The notes under the pieces were generated by a model. That model did no database searches. It was not told where the DNA came from and saw only the letters and a list, made by a program, of their open reading frames with translations. Positions 23,780-39,290 of a stretch of 64,000 bases of DNA are shown here, one piece after another (the stretch's first letter is position 1; each line of letters begins with the position of its first letter). The translations under genes and the position numbers were made by a program. The stretch is from Schmidtea polychroa (taxonomy: Eukaryota). Where the stretch lies: positions 6,078,001 through 6,142,000 of the forward strand of contig CM097885.1 of assembly GCA_044892525.1 (NCBI GenBank), written 5' to 3'.

Positions 23780-24154
23780 TAGTGATTATTGTCAATGGAG
23801 AACGCTACAGAAACATGATTACTGATTTTGTGAGGGATGATTTTGATTTTAAGGACACGCAATTTCAACAAGATGGATACATCACCATACATTTGGTGAG
23901 ACAATCAATCCGTGACCCAATGATTAAGATCATATGACACAGCGCTATTGGACTATTAAAACAGGGGTTTCGTGAAAGCATTGGTTTACTTTAATAAACC
24001 ACAAACACCCAATGATCTTAAAATCAACATTATTTGTGTCATTGGTAATATAAGTCTTTCTTTATGTAGAAGATTGACCAAAAAATGGTGTTCAAGAATC
24101 GAATTTTTAAAAGAACCCAGAGGCAGGCATTTTCATATAATTATTTTAAAATAA
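23780..24154 (+). mobile_element. Degenerate Tc1/mariner transposase fragment
   Basis: VNGERYRNMITDF...FQQDG...GFVKALVYFNKPQT..DLK.NI...GRHF. Confidence 0.65.
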
Positions 24155-24397
24155 AATGTCAGAAACCAATTACCAAAATTTTTAAAAAATATCCCATTGA
24201 TATCTTATTATATACCGTGTTGTTTCTATATCAAACTAACAATATATAGCTCTTATTTGATAACCCTTTTTAAGTCCATAATGCTATGGAAACAATAAGA
24301 ATTAAAGAAAAAATCTTTTCAATTATTTATAGCATTAAATGGATGGATTACTAATGAAACTTTCCTTGGAAATTAAGATCAGTATATTGTAACCGCA

Positions 24398-25060
24398 ATG
24401 ACATCCCTTTCATTTCAGGCTGTAAATATATCCTGCAAAGACTCGTTGCCAATTATCATTCCATCCAGCATCCGAAAACTCTATATCACTTATTTTTCTA
24501 CAAACCCTGACAGTGAAGGATTCACAATTAATGTTACAACTTTCATTTATTTCCAAGGTGATTTTTCAAGTACCTTTCAAAGTGAAACCTGCCGCCGCCA
24601 GGATGGATTCTGGTGCGGCAACAAAACTAAAGCCTGTATATATCGGGATATGATATGTGATGGATCGGATTCGTGTTTCGACGGGGGTTCCGATGAGTTT
24701 AATTGCCTATTTCCAAGTAATAATACCATTACAGTCAGAAATGCCACTCAGCTTACAAGACCCAAAGGAGCATTTATCGATTATCTACCTTGGCTTGCCT
24801 TAGCGATTTTGCCGTTGATTCTTCTAATGGCACTTGTATGCATTTGTAATCAGCATCGAAGCGAAGTTTTCTTTGATGATGAAGAAGACAATTTAGACGT
24901 GGAGAAGAGTCAAGAAGAAAATGCAGATCATTTGTGGTCGAGTTTAGACGCTCTCGATCAGTTGGAGAAACAAGAAAACGACAAAGAAGACAATGGAAAC
25001 AACTGCGAAGAATTTGACCGTTGTTTAATGCATTTAAATGGGAAAGGTTGTCAGTTGTAA
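24398..25060 (+). CDS. 3' exon of a single-pass membrane protein with LDL-receptor class A module (possibly preceded by a CUB-like domain)
   Basis: CRRQDGFWCGNKTKACIYRDMICDGSDSCFDGGSDEFNC (LDLa); TM YLPWLALAILPLILLMALVCIC; acidic tail; 5' exons not resolved. Confidence 0.75.
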   Translation: MTSLSFQAVNISCKDSLPIIIPSSIRKLYITYFSTNPDSEGFTINVTTFIYFQGDFSSTFQSETCRRQDGFWCGNKTKACIYRDMICDGSDSCFDGGSDEFNCLFPSNNTITVRNATQLTRPKGAFIDYLPWLALAILPLILLMALVCICNQHRSEVFFDDEEDNLDVEKSQEENADHLWSSLDALDQLEKQENDKEDNGNNCEEFDRCLMHLNGKGCQL

Positions 25061-25346
25061 TAAAAGGCTAACGAATTGATGATTTCCCTCTAGAACCGTT
25101 GATCGGTTTGCAGACTATTAATTGTCCCACTACAGTCAAAGCAGAAATAACAACAAGCTACACTGGGAATTCCCTAAACAAAGGTAACAGTTGTTTGCTA
25201 CAATTAATTTGTTGACTAATCTTGTCCCCCACTGGTGTCTCTTTCGTATTCCCAGAATTCTAATTGACTTCCGCAATATTGTCTATTTTCATAATTGTTC
25301 GGATAATTTTCATTCACTTATTTAAGGTCTGCTTTCAAATGCCGCA

Positions 25347-25414
25347 ATTATTATTATTATTATTATTATTTTTATAATTATTTTTATTATTATTTTTATT
25401 ATTATTTTTATTTA

Positions 25415-25474
<60 letters not shown>

Positions 25475-25488
25475 TATTATTATTATTA

Positions 25489-25557
<69 letters not shown>

Positions 25558-25568
25558 TATTATTATTA

Positions 25569-25613
<45 letters not shown>

Positions 25614-25642
25614 TATTATTATTATTATTATCATTATTATTA

Positions 25643-25675
<33 letters not shown>

Positions 25676-25735
25676 TATTATTATTATTATTATTATTTAT
25701 TATTATTATTATTATCATTATTATTATTATTATTA

Positions 25736-25804
<69 letters not shown>

Positions 25805-25842
25805 TATTATTATTATTATTATCATTATTATTATTATTATTA

Positions 25843-25896
<54 letters not shown>

Positions 25897-25908
25897 TATT
25901 ATTTATTA
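25347..25908. repeat. (TTA)n microsatellite
   Basis: Directly visible. Confidence 0.97.
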
Positions 25909-27336
25909 TAAAATCTTGAATTTTCAGTCTCTACTTACTTTTATTTCTGCGTTTCTATCATTATAATCTTTACTTTGTGTTTCACCTTTTGATATATGCT
26001 GTTTTTTGAAGAGTCTATTATTGTTTGAAAGTGATGTTAAATTTGATCGTCAACTAAATAATAATAATGACTTAAATAACATATCTCATTGTTAGAATCT
26101 TTTGATATATTTTGAAACATTTCCCTTTTAACATGCTTGTTAATATTTCAAGACACGTTGGAATCAGATCAATAATTGTTAATATAAAATTTCACCGACT
26201 AACTCAACAATATTAATACACAAGCACATTCGTGATACAAATTTTATATTATAAGAATTTCGATAAAATAGAACGGTTTCTAAATGTACTAAAATGATTT
26301 ATATTTTGGACATAACTCTGCAGCTATCTGATTATGTTAAAAATGGTTTACAGGATTTTATTTGGGAAATTGTGTTCTTAAGTATCGTAAAAATTTGGAA
26401 GATTAATTTAACTTCAAACAAGTGATCTACAATACCCGCTCGGCAATAAATACGAGATTCGATAGAACTGGATTATTACATTATATATTTCTATTTGGGA
26501 AAATATTTGCTAAAAAATGATAAAAATTTCAAAACTCTTCAATTTAGCCTTCTTGATATAAAAATCATGTTACACTTGTTTTTCTCTTCAAACATGCACA
26601 ACTTTTATGACCTCAGGTTTGACTTGGATTGGATTGTTATATCTTGATAAAATGCAGACCTTTTCATAACATTATACGCTTATTGCTCTGACATTCTAAC
26701 TATAATTTAATAATGAGATAAAAATGAAGGACTCGATTTATGCCTTATTCAACACTCAAATTGTGGCTTTATATTTAAAGTTTGTATTTACTTCATTATT
26801 CCCAATGTAATTTCTGTAAACTAATGGTTATTACATCTCCTCGCTACTAATAGAGTAATCAGAAATATGTATGCAATACATAAAGAAAGATCTCTGATAA
26901 AAAAACAAATATAGAACCATATAAAGGAAATCAGAAGAATTGCAATATTATTGTATCCGTGCTGCCACTGAAAGTTTGCCTTCACGACGTCCTGGATAGT
27001 GGAATGACACGAAACGTTTCAAGGCTAATTGTGATTCAATTGGCACAGAAAACAAATTTACACTAAATGATTTTTTCAACCACTTGGATATTAGGAAGAT
27101 TTAATTATGTCTTGAAAAGTCAATATTGATAAAACATGGTTTGACTAGGCAAAATTATTTCTATTTCTCTGTTGGTTGAACGTATGTCAATTCTTGTGAA
27201 AACAACAAATGGATTGCAAACATTAAATGTAGCACTTTTCATTTCGATTAATAGAACACAATTTTATCCATTGATTTTTGTCATTTTTTATTGTTCAATA
27301 TCATAAATGGGAAATATGGACTTTATTTTATAGGAT

Positions 27337-27762
27337 ACTAGTGAAATCCCGGTATGCGTTGCAATGTCCCTCAAGAAAAGTATTTATTTTATATTACATT
27401 GCTATACATACATTGTCTGAAACATAAATAAATACTCTAAATTTCATGGTTACATCAACTCAATAGCATTAATAATAATACAACTATGATAGAAAATGTA
27501 TGAAAAATTAAACTTCAGCTCACTTAAAAATTTGAAACCATCTACCGATGCACTAAAAAAGCAATAGGGTTCCTCGTCTAAGGTCTATCTACCGTATAGC
27601 AAAATTTCAGCACAATAGTACAAGTATAAATTGAGTAATCTAGGAAAATGTATGAAAAAATAGCTATAAAAAATAGTCGATAGCTCTAACCACTCCCTAG
27701 TCTAGAGTGGACATACATACATTATCTGAAACATTTTTCCTATTTTATATAGATATATAGAT
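27337..27762. mobile_element. Possible non-autonomous Helitron-like element
   Basis: ACTAG terminus next to a GC-rich CCCGG...CGTTGCAA segment; (CATA)n and TTTTATATAGATATATAGAT at the other end. Confidence 0.35.
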
Positions 27763-29389
27763 TGATAGATTGATTGAAATTTTAATAATAGTAGTTATTA
27801 GAAGCTGCTATCACATCATCTAAATTATTTTTTAAATCCGATTCAAAAGTTAACGTCATAATTCAAAGTATTTATTAAATGAAATATTGTATAATTTCCA
27901 AACAATTTTTCAGCGTTAAATAAAATATTTTAAAAACACTTTATTAAAATTTTGATATTTAAAATATATTTATTTAAAAATGATTTACTAATAAAAGCTT
28001 GTTTAATTTTTTAATTAAAAAATTAAAAAATTTCAATTTAAAAATCCAATTTAAAAATGTTTTTAAAAGTTATTTTAAATAGTCAATTATTTATCATTTA
28101 AAATTATCTTAATAAATTATTGAAATATTTAATTCTCAGCTGAAAACACCTCACAGTAGTAAAATCCTTTAACCCTTCAATGATTGATCGGTTTTTATTT
28201 TCATTTCTACACAAATCAATATTTTTAATTTATTTAACACAAATATTTGGAACTGTCTTTTTCAAAAGTTTATAATAATAATGTTAATAAATGAAACAAT
28301 AAATAAAGTGGATTAATGGAAAACATCATAAACCTTTGCTCATCTATTGATTTTTTTTTACTACAGTTTTGTATATCTAAAAGAAATTTTCTTCAAAAAT
28401 TCTTGGATTAAATAGATTACAAATTGTTTTTGTTTCAATTTAGTAAGTTCCCCTTGCGAAAAGTCGAATAGGGCATTGAAAATATATCTAAATATTAAAG
28501 GAGAACAAATAATTACACTTGAAATGCACTTGAGAATCAATTTGTGAAAAGAGAGATTGAATAAATTCATTGACTGATGAAAATTGAATTAGTATAGGGA
28601 AAGATCTTATATGTAAGAGGATTGCCGAAAAGTTGGAAGTCATGGAGAATGAATTTATTAATCAGTTGCAATTTTTGGTGAATTTTTCCAAAAAGTTTGC
28701 CAATAACATTTTGATTGTGAAAATATTTCATCTAATAGCGATGGTAATTTTTAAATTAAATAAAAAACATACTTTTGCACCTGAAATAATTAATTAATTA
28801 GTAAAATTAAGAACAAATTTTCAAATAAAGCTTGTGGAATTTATATATGTGGTTTTATATTCTGTGATAATAGGAATCATAAACTATTTAATATATAAAG
28901 TTATAAATTATTTAATATACATTTTTATATTGAAGATAAATTTATTGCTTAATTCATCACACGACCTCAATTTGAATCATTCAGCATTTCTTGTGATATT
29001 ATTTTTATTATATCCATTTTGATTATGCAGCTTCAGGCAGTTATCCGTCATATCTCTTGTCTATAATGTATGTTTTTTTTTACCAGAACTTTATCTCTAA
29101 TTGCAAACTCTCGATTCGCTCATGTTGATTTTTTAAATAATCTCTTATTTTCTGACATCTCAAACTTTCGATTCATTTGTGGTAGTTCTAGAGTTGAACG
29201 ATTTTTGCCTTGAATTCCATTAACCAATATATAATACGGATAGTAATGAAGAAATCGTTTTATACTTCATTCATAAAATTGACGTAATGACCGGGAGACC
29301 ACGCGCACCCAAGGAAATCATACCATTAGGACAGTTACTGACTGCACAGCGGTAGCAGATAAAGTGTGATTTACTCATGTTTATATTTA

Positions 29390-29849
29390 CCGTGTTTCTC
29401 CGAAATTAAGCCCTAGCAGTTTTGTTTTTTATATGTATTAAATAAAATTTCAGATCGTTATATATTATTAAAAATTGTAAACATAGTTATATTAATATTA
29501 ATAACTATTTGATAAAATTGAATAAATTTTTTTTAAAAATTAATCCATACAAAATATCACAATATCAACCATCATATATAATTGCTATGGACGAAACATC
29601 GGTATTTTTTGGCCAGGCTGTACAAACAACAATTGATCGAAAAGGGGATACGTCGATCAGTATTCCATCAACCGGGTATGAAAGTACAAGAGTTACATGT
29701 ATTCTTACCATTGATTGTAATGGCAATAAATTTACTCCTGTGAATATTTGTATAATTTTTAAAAGTTTATTTTTATTCCAAAAAATAGAAAACCTCCCAA
29801 ATTTTTTTAAAAAAATAATTTAATAACGTTTAATTTCGGAGAAACACGG
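29390..29849 (+). mobile_element. pogo-family internally deleted element (MITE-like) with TIRs
   Basis: TA|CCGTGTTTCTCCGAAATTAA ... TTAATTTCGGAGAAACACGG|TA; internal DDE fragment IIAMDETSVFF...STGYESTRVTCIL. Confidence 0.88.
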
Positions 29850-30699
29850 TACTTTATTTATTTTTTTTGTCCATTTTTGATGTTTATATTTCCATTTATA
29901 AGCCCACTTATTTTTATTACGAATGTTGATCAATTATTTCCACTATAGTTAACAAAAACTTTCAGTGCTGCCTTTTGCAAATGTTATTACTTTATATATT
30001 CATTTATATTACTATTGTGAGATGAATTTAACAATAAATTTATATTCAATATAAAAGAGCTTTCGGAAATGGGAACAATTAAAAATAATTGTATGTCTTA
30101 CAGCATTTTTTCTAATGGCTTCCAAAAATGTACATAAATTGATATATAAAGGCGAAAATGTATAAATATTACATTGTCATATTTGGATAAAGCAAAAATA
30201 TATTGAAAATATTTTCCTTTCATATTCCTTTGGATGGCAAACGAAGGAAAGGGGTGTGTAGATTCAAAATATTAATAATTTGATTTATTTTTACTAAAAA
30301 GATTTGACTGCAATAAAAAATTCTTCGAATATATTTTTAAGCTACCCCACAAAATATTTAGAACATTGAACTTTATTGTACATTCATCAAGATAGTAATA
30401 TTTGTCCTGATAAATGCTTAAATAATTAATAAAAAGCGAAAATGTATAAATATACACTCTAATAAGAAATATCTCAAGTCTTGTAAATGTGTCGGCATTT
30501 TGTTTCTATTTTGTCTTATTGGGTATCATCCCAATTGCACTAGCTTTGCTTTTTGTCTCGAAATTTCAGGTATTTGGTCATCTATATTATCTATCTTTTT
30601 CTTTTTAGTTCTTACACTTGTCCTCTAACTATCCCTTACCGTCAGAATGTCATCAGATCTACTCGGAATTATTTGTATTTGATTATAATTTCGCTGAAT

Positions 30700-31720
30700 T
30701 ATTCTTCCATCTGTTTTATTCTTGAAGCTTCATCGTCCAATCGTTTATAATTTCTATAATTTCATATGGTCCAATATATTTTGCTTTCAAACCATTCCTA
30801 TTTTCAGCTTTAACAAGAGCCCAATCTCCAACCTCTACTTTTGTGTTCCATTTATTTTTGTTGTAAATCTTTTTCATTTACTTTTTTCTCTGTTTGACTT
30901 TATTTAGACTTCCTTTTCAATTCGAATAATATCATCTACGTTAGATGTTTCAATTCTTCTTATTTCCTTTTCCATTATTCTCGGTTTCCTTCCAAACATT
31001 ATTTCAAAAAACCCTAACCCAGTAGTTTTATTTACTGTATTTCTTAATCCATACTCTATCGTCGGTATAACTTTGTCCCATTCATTTGTTTTCCATTCGT
31101 CCATAATTGCTCATATCATACTATTACCTGTTCGGTAAACTTTCTATTATCCAATCAGATTAAGGATAGTATAGAGATATTACTGTTGTTTTAGTTTCCA
31201 TTATTCTGCAGAGTTCTTAAAACATCTTTGCTTCAAAATTCGTTCTTTGATCAGAATGTATTCTTTCTGGGATTCCGAACTTTGTTATCGATTGTTACTA
31301 TATCGCTCTTTCTACATTCTCAGTTGTTATTACAATGAAAGGCATAAGCAGTGAAGTATTAAAAGTAATCAATAATTCCGAGTATATATCGGTTTCCATT
31401 TTGTATCATAAGAAAAGGACCTGTGATATGTATCCCTATAATCTCCAACGGTCTACTACAATTAAAACTATGCAAGGGTGCTTGTATTCTTCCGTTAAGA
31501 TCTCTGTTTCGTTGATACGGATGACATATCTCAATTAGCTTTTTATGATTTTCTCCATCTTTACCCATTAATACCTTTCTTTCACTGCTCTCAATGTTCA
31601 TCCGATATCAACATGTCCCAGTTCTCGATGTAATTCTTCAATAATGTTATTTCTTTGGCTTTCTAGAATTATTGTTACGGTTTCTTTCTTTATAGGCAGC
31701 TGTTCTTCTCTAACTTCCAT
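30700..31720 (-). mobile_element. Degenerate Ty3/Gypsy integrase region
   Basis: RPLEIIGIHITGP...NGNRYILGIIDYF; IHSDQRTNFEA; WDKVIPTIEYGLRNTVNKTTGL..FEIMFGRKPR. Confidence 0.8.
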
Positions 31721-33321
31721 TTGCTTACTTGTTTCCATTGGTCCGAATAATAGGTTGATATCTTAAGGACTAAAAAAATTTTTTACCAAATTGGTTAATA
31801 ATTTTATATATTAAATATTATGTACATGATTTCAGTATATCGCTCAAAATGTGAAATCTTAGTTATTAATATATGGTTTTAATAATACATATTCAAATTA
31901 TTAAAATCGTCGTATTGTTTATTAGGAAAAATTCATAATGAATGTAAAAATCTCAGCGACAAACAAAACTAATAATAAAGGTAATGTTTAGCAGTTCTGA
32001 AGCAAATATAAGTACTATATCGTATCCCTGATCCCTTATTATATAATCATCAATTTTATCTTGATACTCTTTTCACTCTGTCACCTAAACTTTCCCATGA
32101 ATCCATATGCATTATGCTATTCTTTCTTGTAAACAATTCGTGTGAAAAACGAAACAAAGTTAATTAAATAAAACAAACTTAATTGCAGTTATATAATTCG
32201 GTGAATTCCCATAAATAGTAATTGCAAATGCGACAAGAAAACAATCATGAGAATTTTGGGATCATGTTAAGTCAAAACATCTCGTCTAAAAAGAGAATGA
32301 TTTCTTTTTAATTCCTATTTCAAAATTGGGTAAAAACAGATCTTTTCTTATTTTATCTTTTAATTATTGTAGCATTTTTGTTTTACAATGAGCATTCGAT
32401 ATATATTAATTCAACAGAAAGTTTGCACAGATATTTAATAAGTTTTATAAGGTAAAATAAAGTTAAATGATAATGGAAATGTTAGAGAATCGTAAATTTG
32501 TTTCAATGAAATCTTGAATTAATAAAAGAGAATATAAACGGAGGAAATTCATTGAAAACATTGAAAATAATATTGAAATCTAGAAATTATAATTTCCTGC
32601 CGCTAGCGACAGCTGCATTTAAGTCGCAATAATAAACTTAGGTTCCCGTTGCAATTGTGAATTGTTCTCTGAGAATATCAACATTCGATCCCATTAGGAT
32701 TTCCTATTATTCAATTCATTTTCACAAAGCAATGTAAATGAATAAATAATGGATTTTTAAAAAAATATTTTTTCAATTATTCTATTTGATAGTTAAAAAA
32801 TTCTTCACATTCTGTATGTTTTTAATTCAAAAATCAGTTAAAAGTCCGCCTCTTTAAAAATCAGGATATACACAGACAAAATGACTCAACATTCATTTAA
32901 ACAGGAATCAATTTTCAGGCGTAAAGCGTAAACTTTTAAGTATAAAGCCATAAATGTTATTATGATTTCTAAGTTTGCATTTCCACCCAAAACAGCAGTA
33001 TTGGAACGCATTTTCTCTGCTTACTCAAATGTTAAAACGTTTACTGGGTGTGAGAAATGACAGGGAAAGTTATTCTTGCTTTTGGTCGATTGTATACATG
33101 GTAATAAGAAAGGAAATTTTTAATAACAAATAAGACAGGGGAAAAACTTCATCTTTACTTAAGAATATATTGAGAGTCCCAGGTTAAGGTATTACAAAAA
33201 ATAAAAATCAATAACTAGTTCAGCAGTTCTCAAACTTTTTGAGCTGCGGAGCCTTCCTAAGCCATAAATTTTTTTACGGAACCCAAGTGGTTCACTAATG
33301 ACTAATCTTGTGTATGTGCTA

Positions 33322-33326
<5 letters not shown>

Positions 33327-33416
<90 letters not shown>
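33327..33416. repeat. (TA)n microsatellite
   Basis: Directly visible. Confidence 0.95.
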
Positions 33417-33418
<2 letters not shown>

Positions 33419-33854
33419 AGTTCATAAATATAAAGAATGAATGAAATTATTTTTAATTCAAGAAATGACAAATTTTATATTACCCAAGAAATATTATTTT
33501 CTGCTTCAACTTTAAACTATAATTAGAGATGCATTTATTTTCGCCCCCCCCCTTCGTTGAATCTCTGATAGTGTATCTGATTTTCACTAATCAATATTTA
33601 AAGTATATTGGAATTTCAACAAAATAAAAATCAAGAAAATCTTAATTTAATTAAATTTATATTTAATTGTGAAATGAAATTTTTATTTCAGACTATGAAG
33701 ATATAGATAAACCAATAATTAATGCCAAAGGAGATGGCGAGTGAGTCAATTATTTTTATTTTTATATATATATTATTTATTCGACATTATGTCAGCGACA
33801 TTTTTTTAAATCATATATTTGTTTTAGACTAATTAAAATTTTTCATTGGATATC

Positions 33855-33973
<119 letters not shown>

Positions 33974-36049
33974 CACCAATCTCATATTAAGTATGTGAAG
34001 GCCATCAAATTACGCTGATCAAAGACATTTTATAAAATTGCTTTTAATTTATTTTACTAATAATTAATAATAATGATTGTAAGAAATAAATTAAACAATA
34101 TTGTATATTAATTTAGAATTTAATAAGTATGGTATGTAAATAATAATCATTGTAAATAATATATTATCAATTTCAATGAATATATAATATGCTTATAAAA
34201 TTTAAATTAATAGAATGATTGTAGAATGAAGTGTCGGATGTTTCTTGCTCAATATATTGTTAGCATCAAATGATCCTCTTGTTTCAATGTTGTGAATAAT
34301 AATAAGTTTTGAAATGTGAAATTTTAGTTAATTTAAATGAATACAATCAATACTCGGTCCACACACATAATCTGACATGTGGACCACGCTCCTGCTAATT
34401 TTGTGAAACCTTCAGATACTTTTGACATTGGAGATGACGTTATGAAGTTCATTGAGGGAAAAGATCGAGTGATTTTTCTAGCTGTTGAATATCGAATTAC
34501 GATTTTATGAAATCTTTGTCAAATCGTTTATGACAATAAATGCACTCAAGAAATATGAAGAACTTCAACGAAAGACTTTTATGAAAGCTTTTATGGAATT
34601 TCAGTCAATTATTTAAGACTTATAGGAAGTCTTGTAATAAAAAAGCGGAAAAAATTCGATCAATGAATTTTGCCAGAAAATCGAAAAATATACTGATAAA
34701 ACTTTGGAAGCATAAATTCGATAAAGAAACTTTAACGCAGTTTTTCTATTATTGAAAATGAAGAAGTAATTAGAAATTTAAAGATGCAGAAGCTAAATAC
34801 ATTCGAAGAAATGAAAAATGCAACAATCGAAATAATCAGTTGGAATAAAATTTCTAATAATAATAATAATAATAATAATAATAAGTGTTCGTTGTTACGG
34901 TTGAATAATAAATTTTCATATTTTCTCTGTAATCTTATCCGATAATTGTACGAAGTCAGGTTGAAAAGGAACTATGTTATAAATATAACTGCACGCAGTG
35001 ATTAATATTTTCAATATATTTCTGTGGACGGAAAGAAAATATTTTATAATTATATTTTCTACTTTCACGTGTAATAATTATCCGCTGAAAAATATTGTTT
35101 ATGCATGTGCATAATACGAATTCTGCATTTTACTAATTAGCTGTTAATTTATTTCGGTGGTTTCATTCTCCTTGTCACTTGTGTTGCATCCATGAAGTTG
35201 GTAACCCGATTTTCTGATAGTTTTCTTGTTCACAGCAAGTTTACTGCTTACTGATGTGCGGTGCACTTTCCAGTGATTTATAATCCAGTCAAATCATTTT
35301 CTTTAATACAAGTTTAATATTACACTCAGGTGCCCGTTGATTTTTATTTTACATTTTGTCAATTCCAGGGACTGGTTTAAACTTAAGAAATTGTGCAACT
35401 CCAAGCTTATATCTTGATAACATTGGAGAAAAATACTTGACTTTTGTTTTAAAATTATTAATAAAACGAAAAAATAAATAAAACATTTCAATATTTTTTA
35501 GAGGCCCTTGTAACTATTTTTACTGATCCTGAGTTTTATATATTAATAATTTAATAAAGTTTTTATAAAGAATTTCATTATGATTTATATATTTCGATAG
35601 TTCTAGTAGAGAGCTGTAAAAGATATAAGGCATTTTTAATTCATAAACTATTCAAATGGGGCCCGATCATGATTTTTTAATATCACTTAAGCATTCATTA
35701 ATTGTTAGAAGTTTGTTTTTATTTAAAAACTCAACATATGAAAAATAAAATACTCCAAATTATGCAAATAGACATTGAAAACATAGATGTGATTTACTTT
35801 CTCTTCTTTGTTATATGAATTTACGCGAATCTGGTTGTGAACGGTTTCGAAATCACCTTCATAACTTGTATATTGATTATAAGATCTTTGTGGTACTCAG
35901 TGCTTCTTCATTAATTTCAATCACTGTTGATGTCATGGTCCACAGCTTTCTCTTATGTTTTAAATTTAAATCTGATAAAGACATAGTAAATGATTAGGCT
36001 ATTTCAAAGACAAAGTTGCTATTTAATACTGCGAATTGGGAATACTTTT

Positions 36050-36660
36050 GTACCATCTGTTTTATGTCAGGAGTGAGATGTGAGCGATGAGAACCATAAA
36101 TTAAGAGATTTTGTCCTAAAAAATGAACCTTTTCAAGCCATTGGCCTACAATTTCTTCATTCATCCATCATTTTGATGATACTGTGATCACAATACTTTT
36201 TGGCATAGTTTTCCGTTTGAGTATTGCCATTGGCTCACATTTGGCTCCATCCGCAGTACAACATAAAACTACGGTATAATTGGATTTTTCTGATCCAGTT
36301 GTAGTTAATATGATGTCCTCTTTTCCTTCAACATCAACTGTTCTCATGCCAGGCATGTCAAAACTAACTGGTACTTCATCCATATTCCCAAATTGAGATA
36401 AGTCAACATTCTCTTTAAGTTTAGAGACATAGTCTCGAAATAAAGCGACTTCCTCTTCCCAGACAGTGTATGGACAGTTGATTTCTTTTCATAAAACGAT
36501 AGCACCAATTGATTCCACCTCAATTGCTATTTTGTGTGCCTTTAATCGAATATCAACTGTTGAAACTTTCCTTTTCTCTTCATGTGTGGTTATAACCCAT
36601 TGTTTTAATTCTGACTCTAATTCTGGAAATTATATGGAAGACTTCCTCTAAGGACACGTT
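36050..36660 (-). mobile_element. Degenerate pogo transposase fragment
   Basis: MDEVPVSFDMP...TTGSEKSNYTVVLCCTADG.K..PM.I.KRKTMPK, then WMNEE...W. Confidence 0.8.
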
Positions 36661-39189
36661 TTCCTGGCGGAAATATAAAAGTACATTCATAGTTAGAAAT
36701 TATATTGACTCTTTTAAGTGCGTGTTATTAGAAATTAGGGTTATTTGGATTCAATTATTATAACTTTCCAGTACAACTAAAATGCATTGCTTTTAAATAT
36801 CTTTTCACTTTGGAAAATAATTTTTTTTTCAAAAAGCTTATATATATATATAACTCTGGATAAAATTGCAGAAAATCAGAAAAGATTGGGTCACTGTTTA
36901 TCGATATCTTTAAGTGATGAGTAAATTAAAATAGGTCTAGTTAAGAGGTCCATCCTAACATGTCAAAACATTACTAAACTAATCCTTAGCACAAAAGATG
37001 ACAGTCATACAATTTAGAACACCAATTATTTCCACTCCCGTCACATTACAGTTAGCATTACCGTTACAGTCATCTGCGTTAGCAAACAAAATATATTTAC
37101 ATAAATGCTATAAATTCTCATCTTATGAGAACAAATCCCAGATTACCCTTGAATTGAATCCTTTATTTTAATAGAAAGTCTTCATAATATTGAAGTGTAT
37201 TTGTTAGTTTGATAGTATTCTAGGTGTAGTCAATACTAAAGCAGGAGTTTGTAATGATAAATGTGCCTTTCATCTCTTTACGTTTTATTAAATTTTTAAC
37301 ATTTATTTGTGGGTTTTTTTAATGTTTTCTAGTGCCATCAAGACGATTTTTACACTGGTACACACAGACTTTTATATTTAAATAAGTATATTAAATATAA
37401 AATGGAAACAATTCTGTTTTAACTTGTAGATTATCTCTATAAATTATTCCTCTGGGCAGAAGAAAGGCATTAAAATAATTTTTTCTACTGAGTCATCCCA
37501 ATGAGTCAGTGAATTGTGATGCCAAGTGTTGATAAGGGAGTTCTCTGAAATCCATTATGCCTGTCTACTAGTTTGATGTTTTTAATTTTTATAAGTGAAA
37601 TATGAACAAAAATGATATACTAAAGATAGCCAGTGTAATAGGGTGTAGATATTCAATTTTATTTAATTATTGAAATTAAAATTACATATGCATTATTGAT
37701 GAAATAAAAAAAAATGTATTCAAAACTCTAAAATTGTAACAATTCGTGTTACATGGTACAATTTTACCTCTATATCAGACATAGTCGCATAAATATCAAT
37801 CTTTCTGTTCTTCCTATATTTCTACCGTATCAGTGTCCTAAGTTCACCTAATGGAAATGTCTGATCGCATTTAAAATTTTAAAAAGAAAATAAAATGTAT
37901 TTAGAATTCTTGAATCATAACAATTTGTGGAACAATGAACCGCTTTACCTCTATATCGGATGTATATTACAAATTATAAATTTTGTAAATATGTCTACTC
38001 GTCGTCAGATCACAGAACGTCCAGTCAATGGACATGTTAAGAACAAATCAATAATTACGCTCAGATAATGGAGACTACTCCATCGAAATTGAATATTGAA
38101 ACAACCTGAAAATTGTATCCAATGAAATGCATTGTGATGAAAAGAAAATGTGGAATTCTATTATCCAATAGAAATGGAAACGCCTATGCTGCTCAAATCT
38201 ACTCGATTTTCTTATGAAGAGATTGATTTTATCAAATTATTTAATTTTATCAATTTATTTAATTAAATATTTATTCCTTCAATATATTCAATTATATACA
38301 TACATAAACATAATATTTTTTATTCTTATTTTGTACAGACTTTTTACTGTTAATTCCTCGATAATATCATCAAAATTTATCTGTTTTGTCACCCCCTGCT
38401 CTATTGGCAACATAGCCACCCCTTTAACATATCTTGTTGCATGATTGATCTTAGATAATTTGTAAATAACTTTTATTTGGAAAAACTGCGTTGCATTTGG
38501 TGTTAAAATCTTGCCCTAGCTACTAATGATTGTTAGAAATATGAAAGCGTGGGCCTATGGAAAAATCCCCAAAGTCCTGACCTCTGAGCCGGCCCTGATT
38601 ATATCTCTTATTACATGTAAGTGACATTGCTGGCGTTTGATGAAATTTTGTAGGATATGGATAGGTAAGAATCTGATGAGGAGGATGGTTGAAAATTTAT
38701 TTGATGTAGCATTATTTGAGAAAATGTTTTGAATACAAATTTTTTCGGTGTAGGAAAGACATGAATTAAGAGAAAATGAATGTTGATATTTAAATCTTTT
38801 CGAATATTATGACCATGTTACCTACGGACTACAAAATAGGTCATTGATAGTAAATACTTGTTCTATCACCCTCTCTAACGCTTTTTGCTAAAATCCTAGT
38901 TATATAACTGTTAATGAATGCAAAAAGTTGATTTAGTTAATTTTGACAATGTTTAATTAACCTTATTTCAATGTATATCAAACTATATGATTAATATTGA
39001 AAAAAAAACGTGTTACAATTTTAAAAACTCTTATTCAGACGACATCATGGCATTTCTTGAATTTTTACATTGCTTTCATTAGTATTATACAAAATCAGAT
39101 ATGAGAGAAGTGAGTATTTTTTTTTGATAAAGAGTAAGTAGCAAGTTATTTTGACATAACAAAGGTCAATAAGATGTTAAAACACAAAA

Positions 39190-39290
39190 GGGTTCATTGC
39201 AAAATTACGTCATTCTCGTTTCCTTGAAAACGTGACGTTGGTGGGTCAAAAATGGTCATTTTTGGCGTGATGTAATTATGCAATGACCCC
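39190..39290. mobile_element. ~100-bp MITE with GGG-initiated TIRs
   Basis: GGGTTCATTGCAAAATTACGTCA ... TGATGTAATTATGCAATGACCCC. Confidence 0.6.
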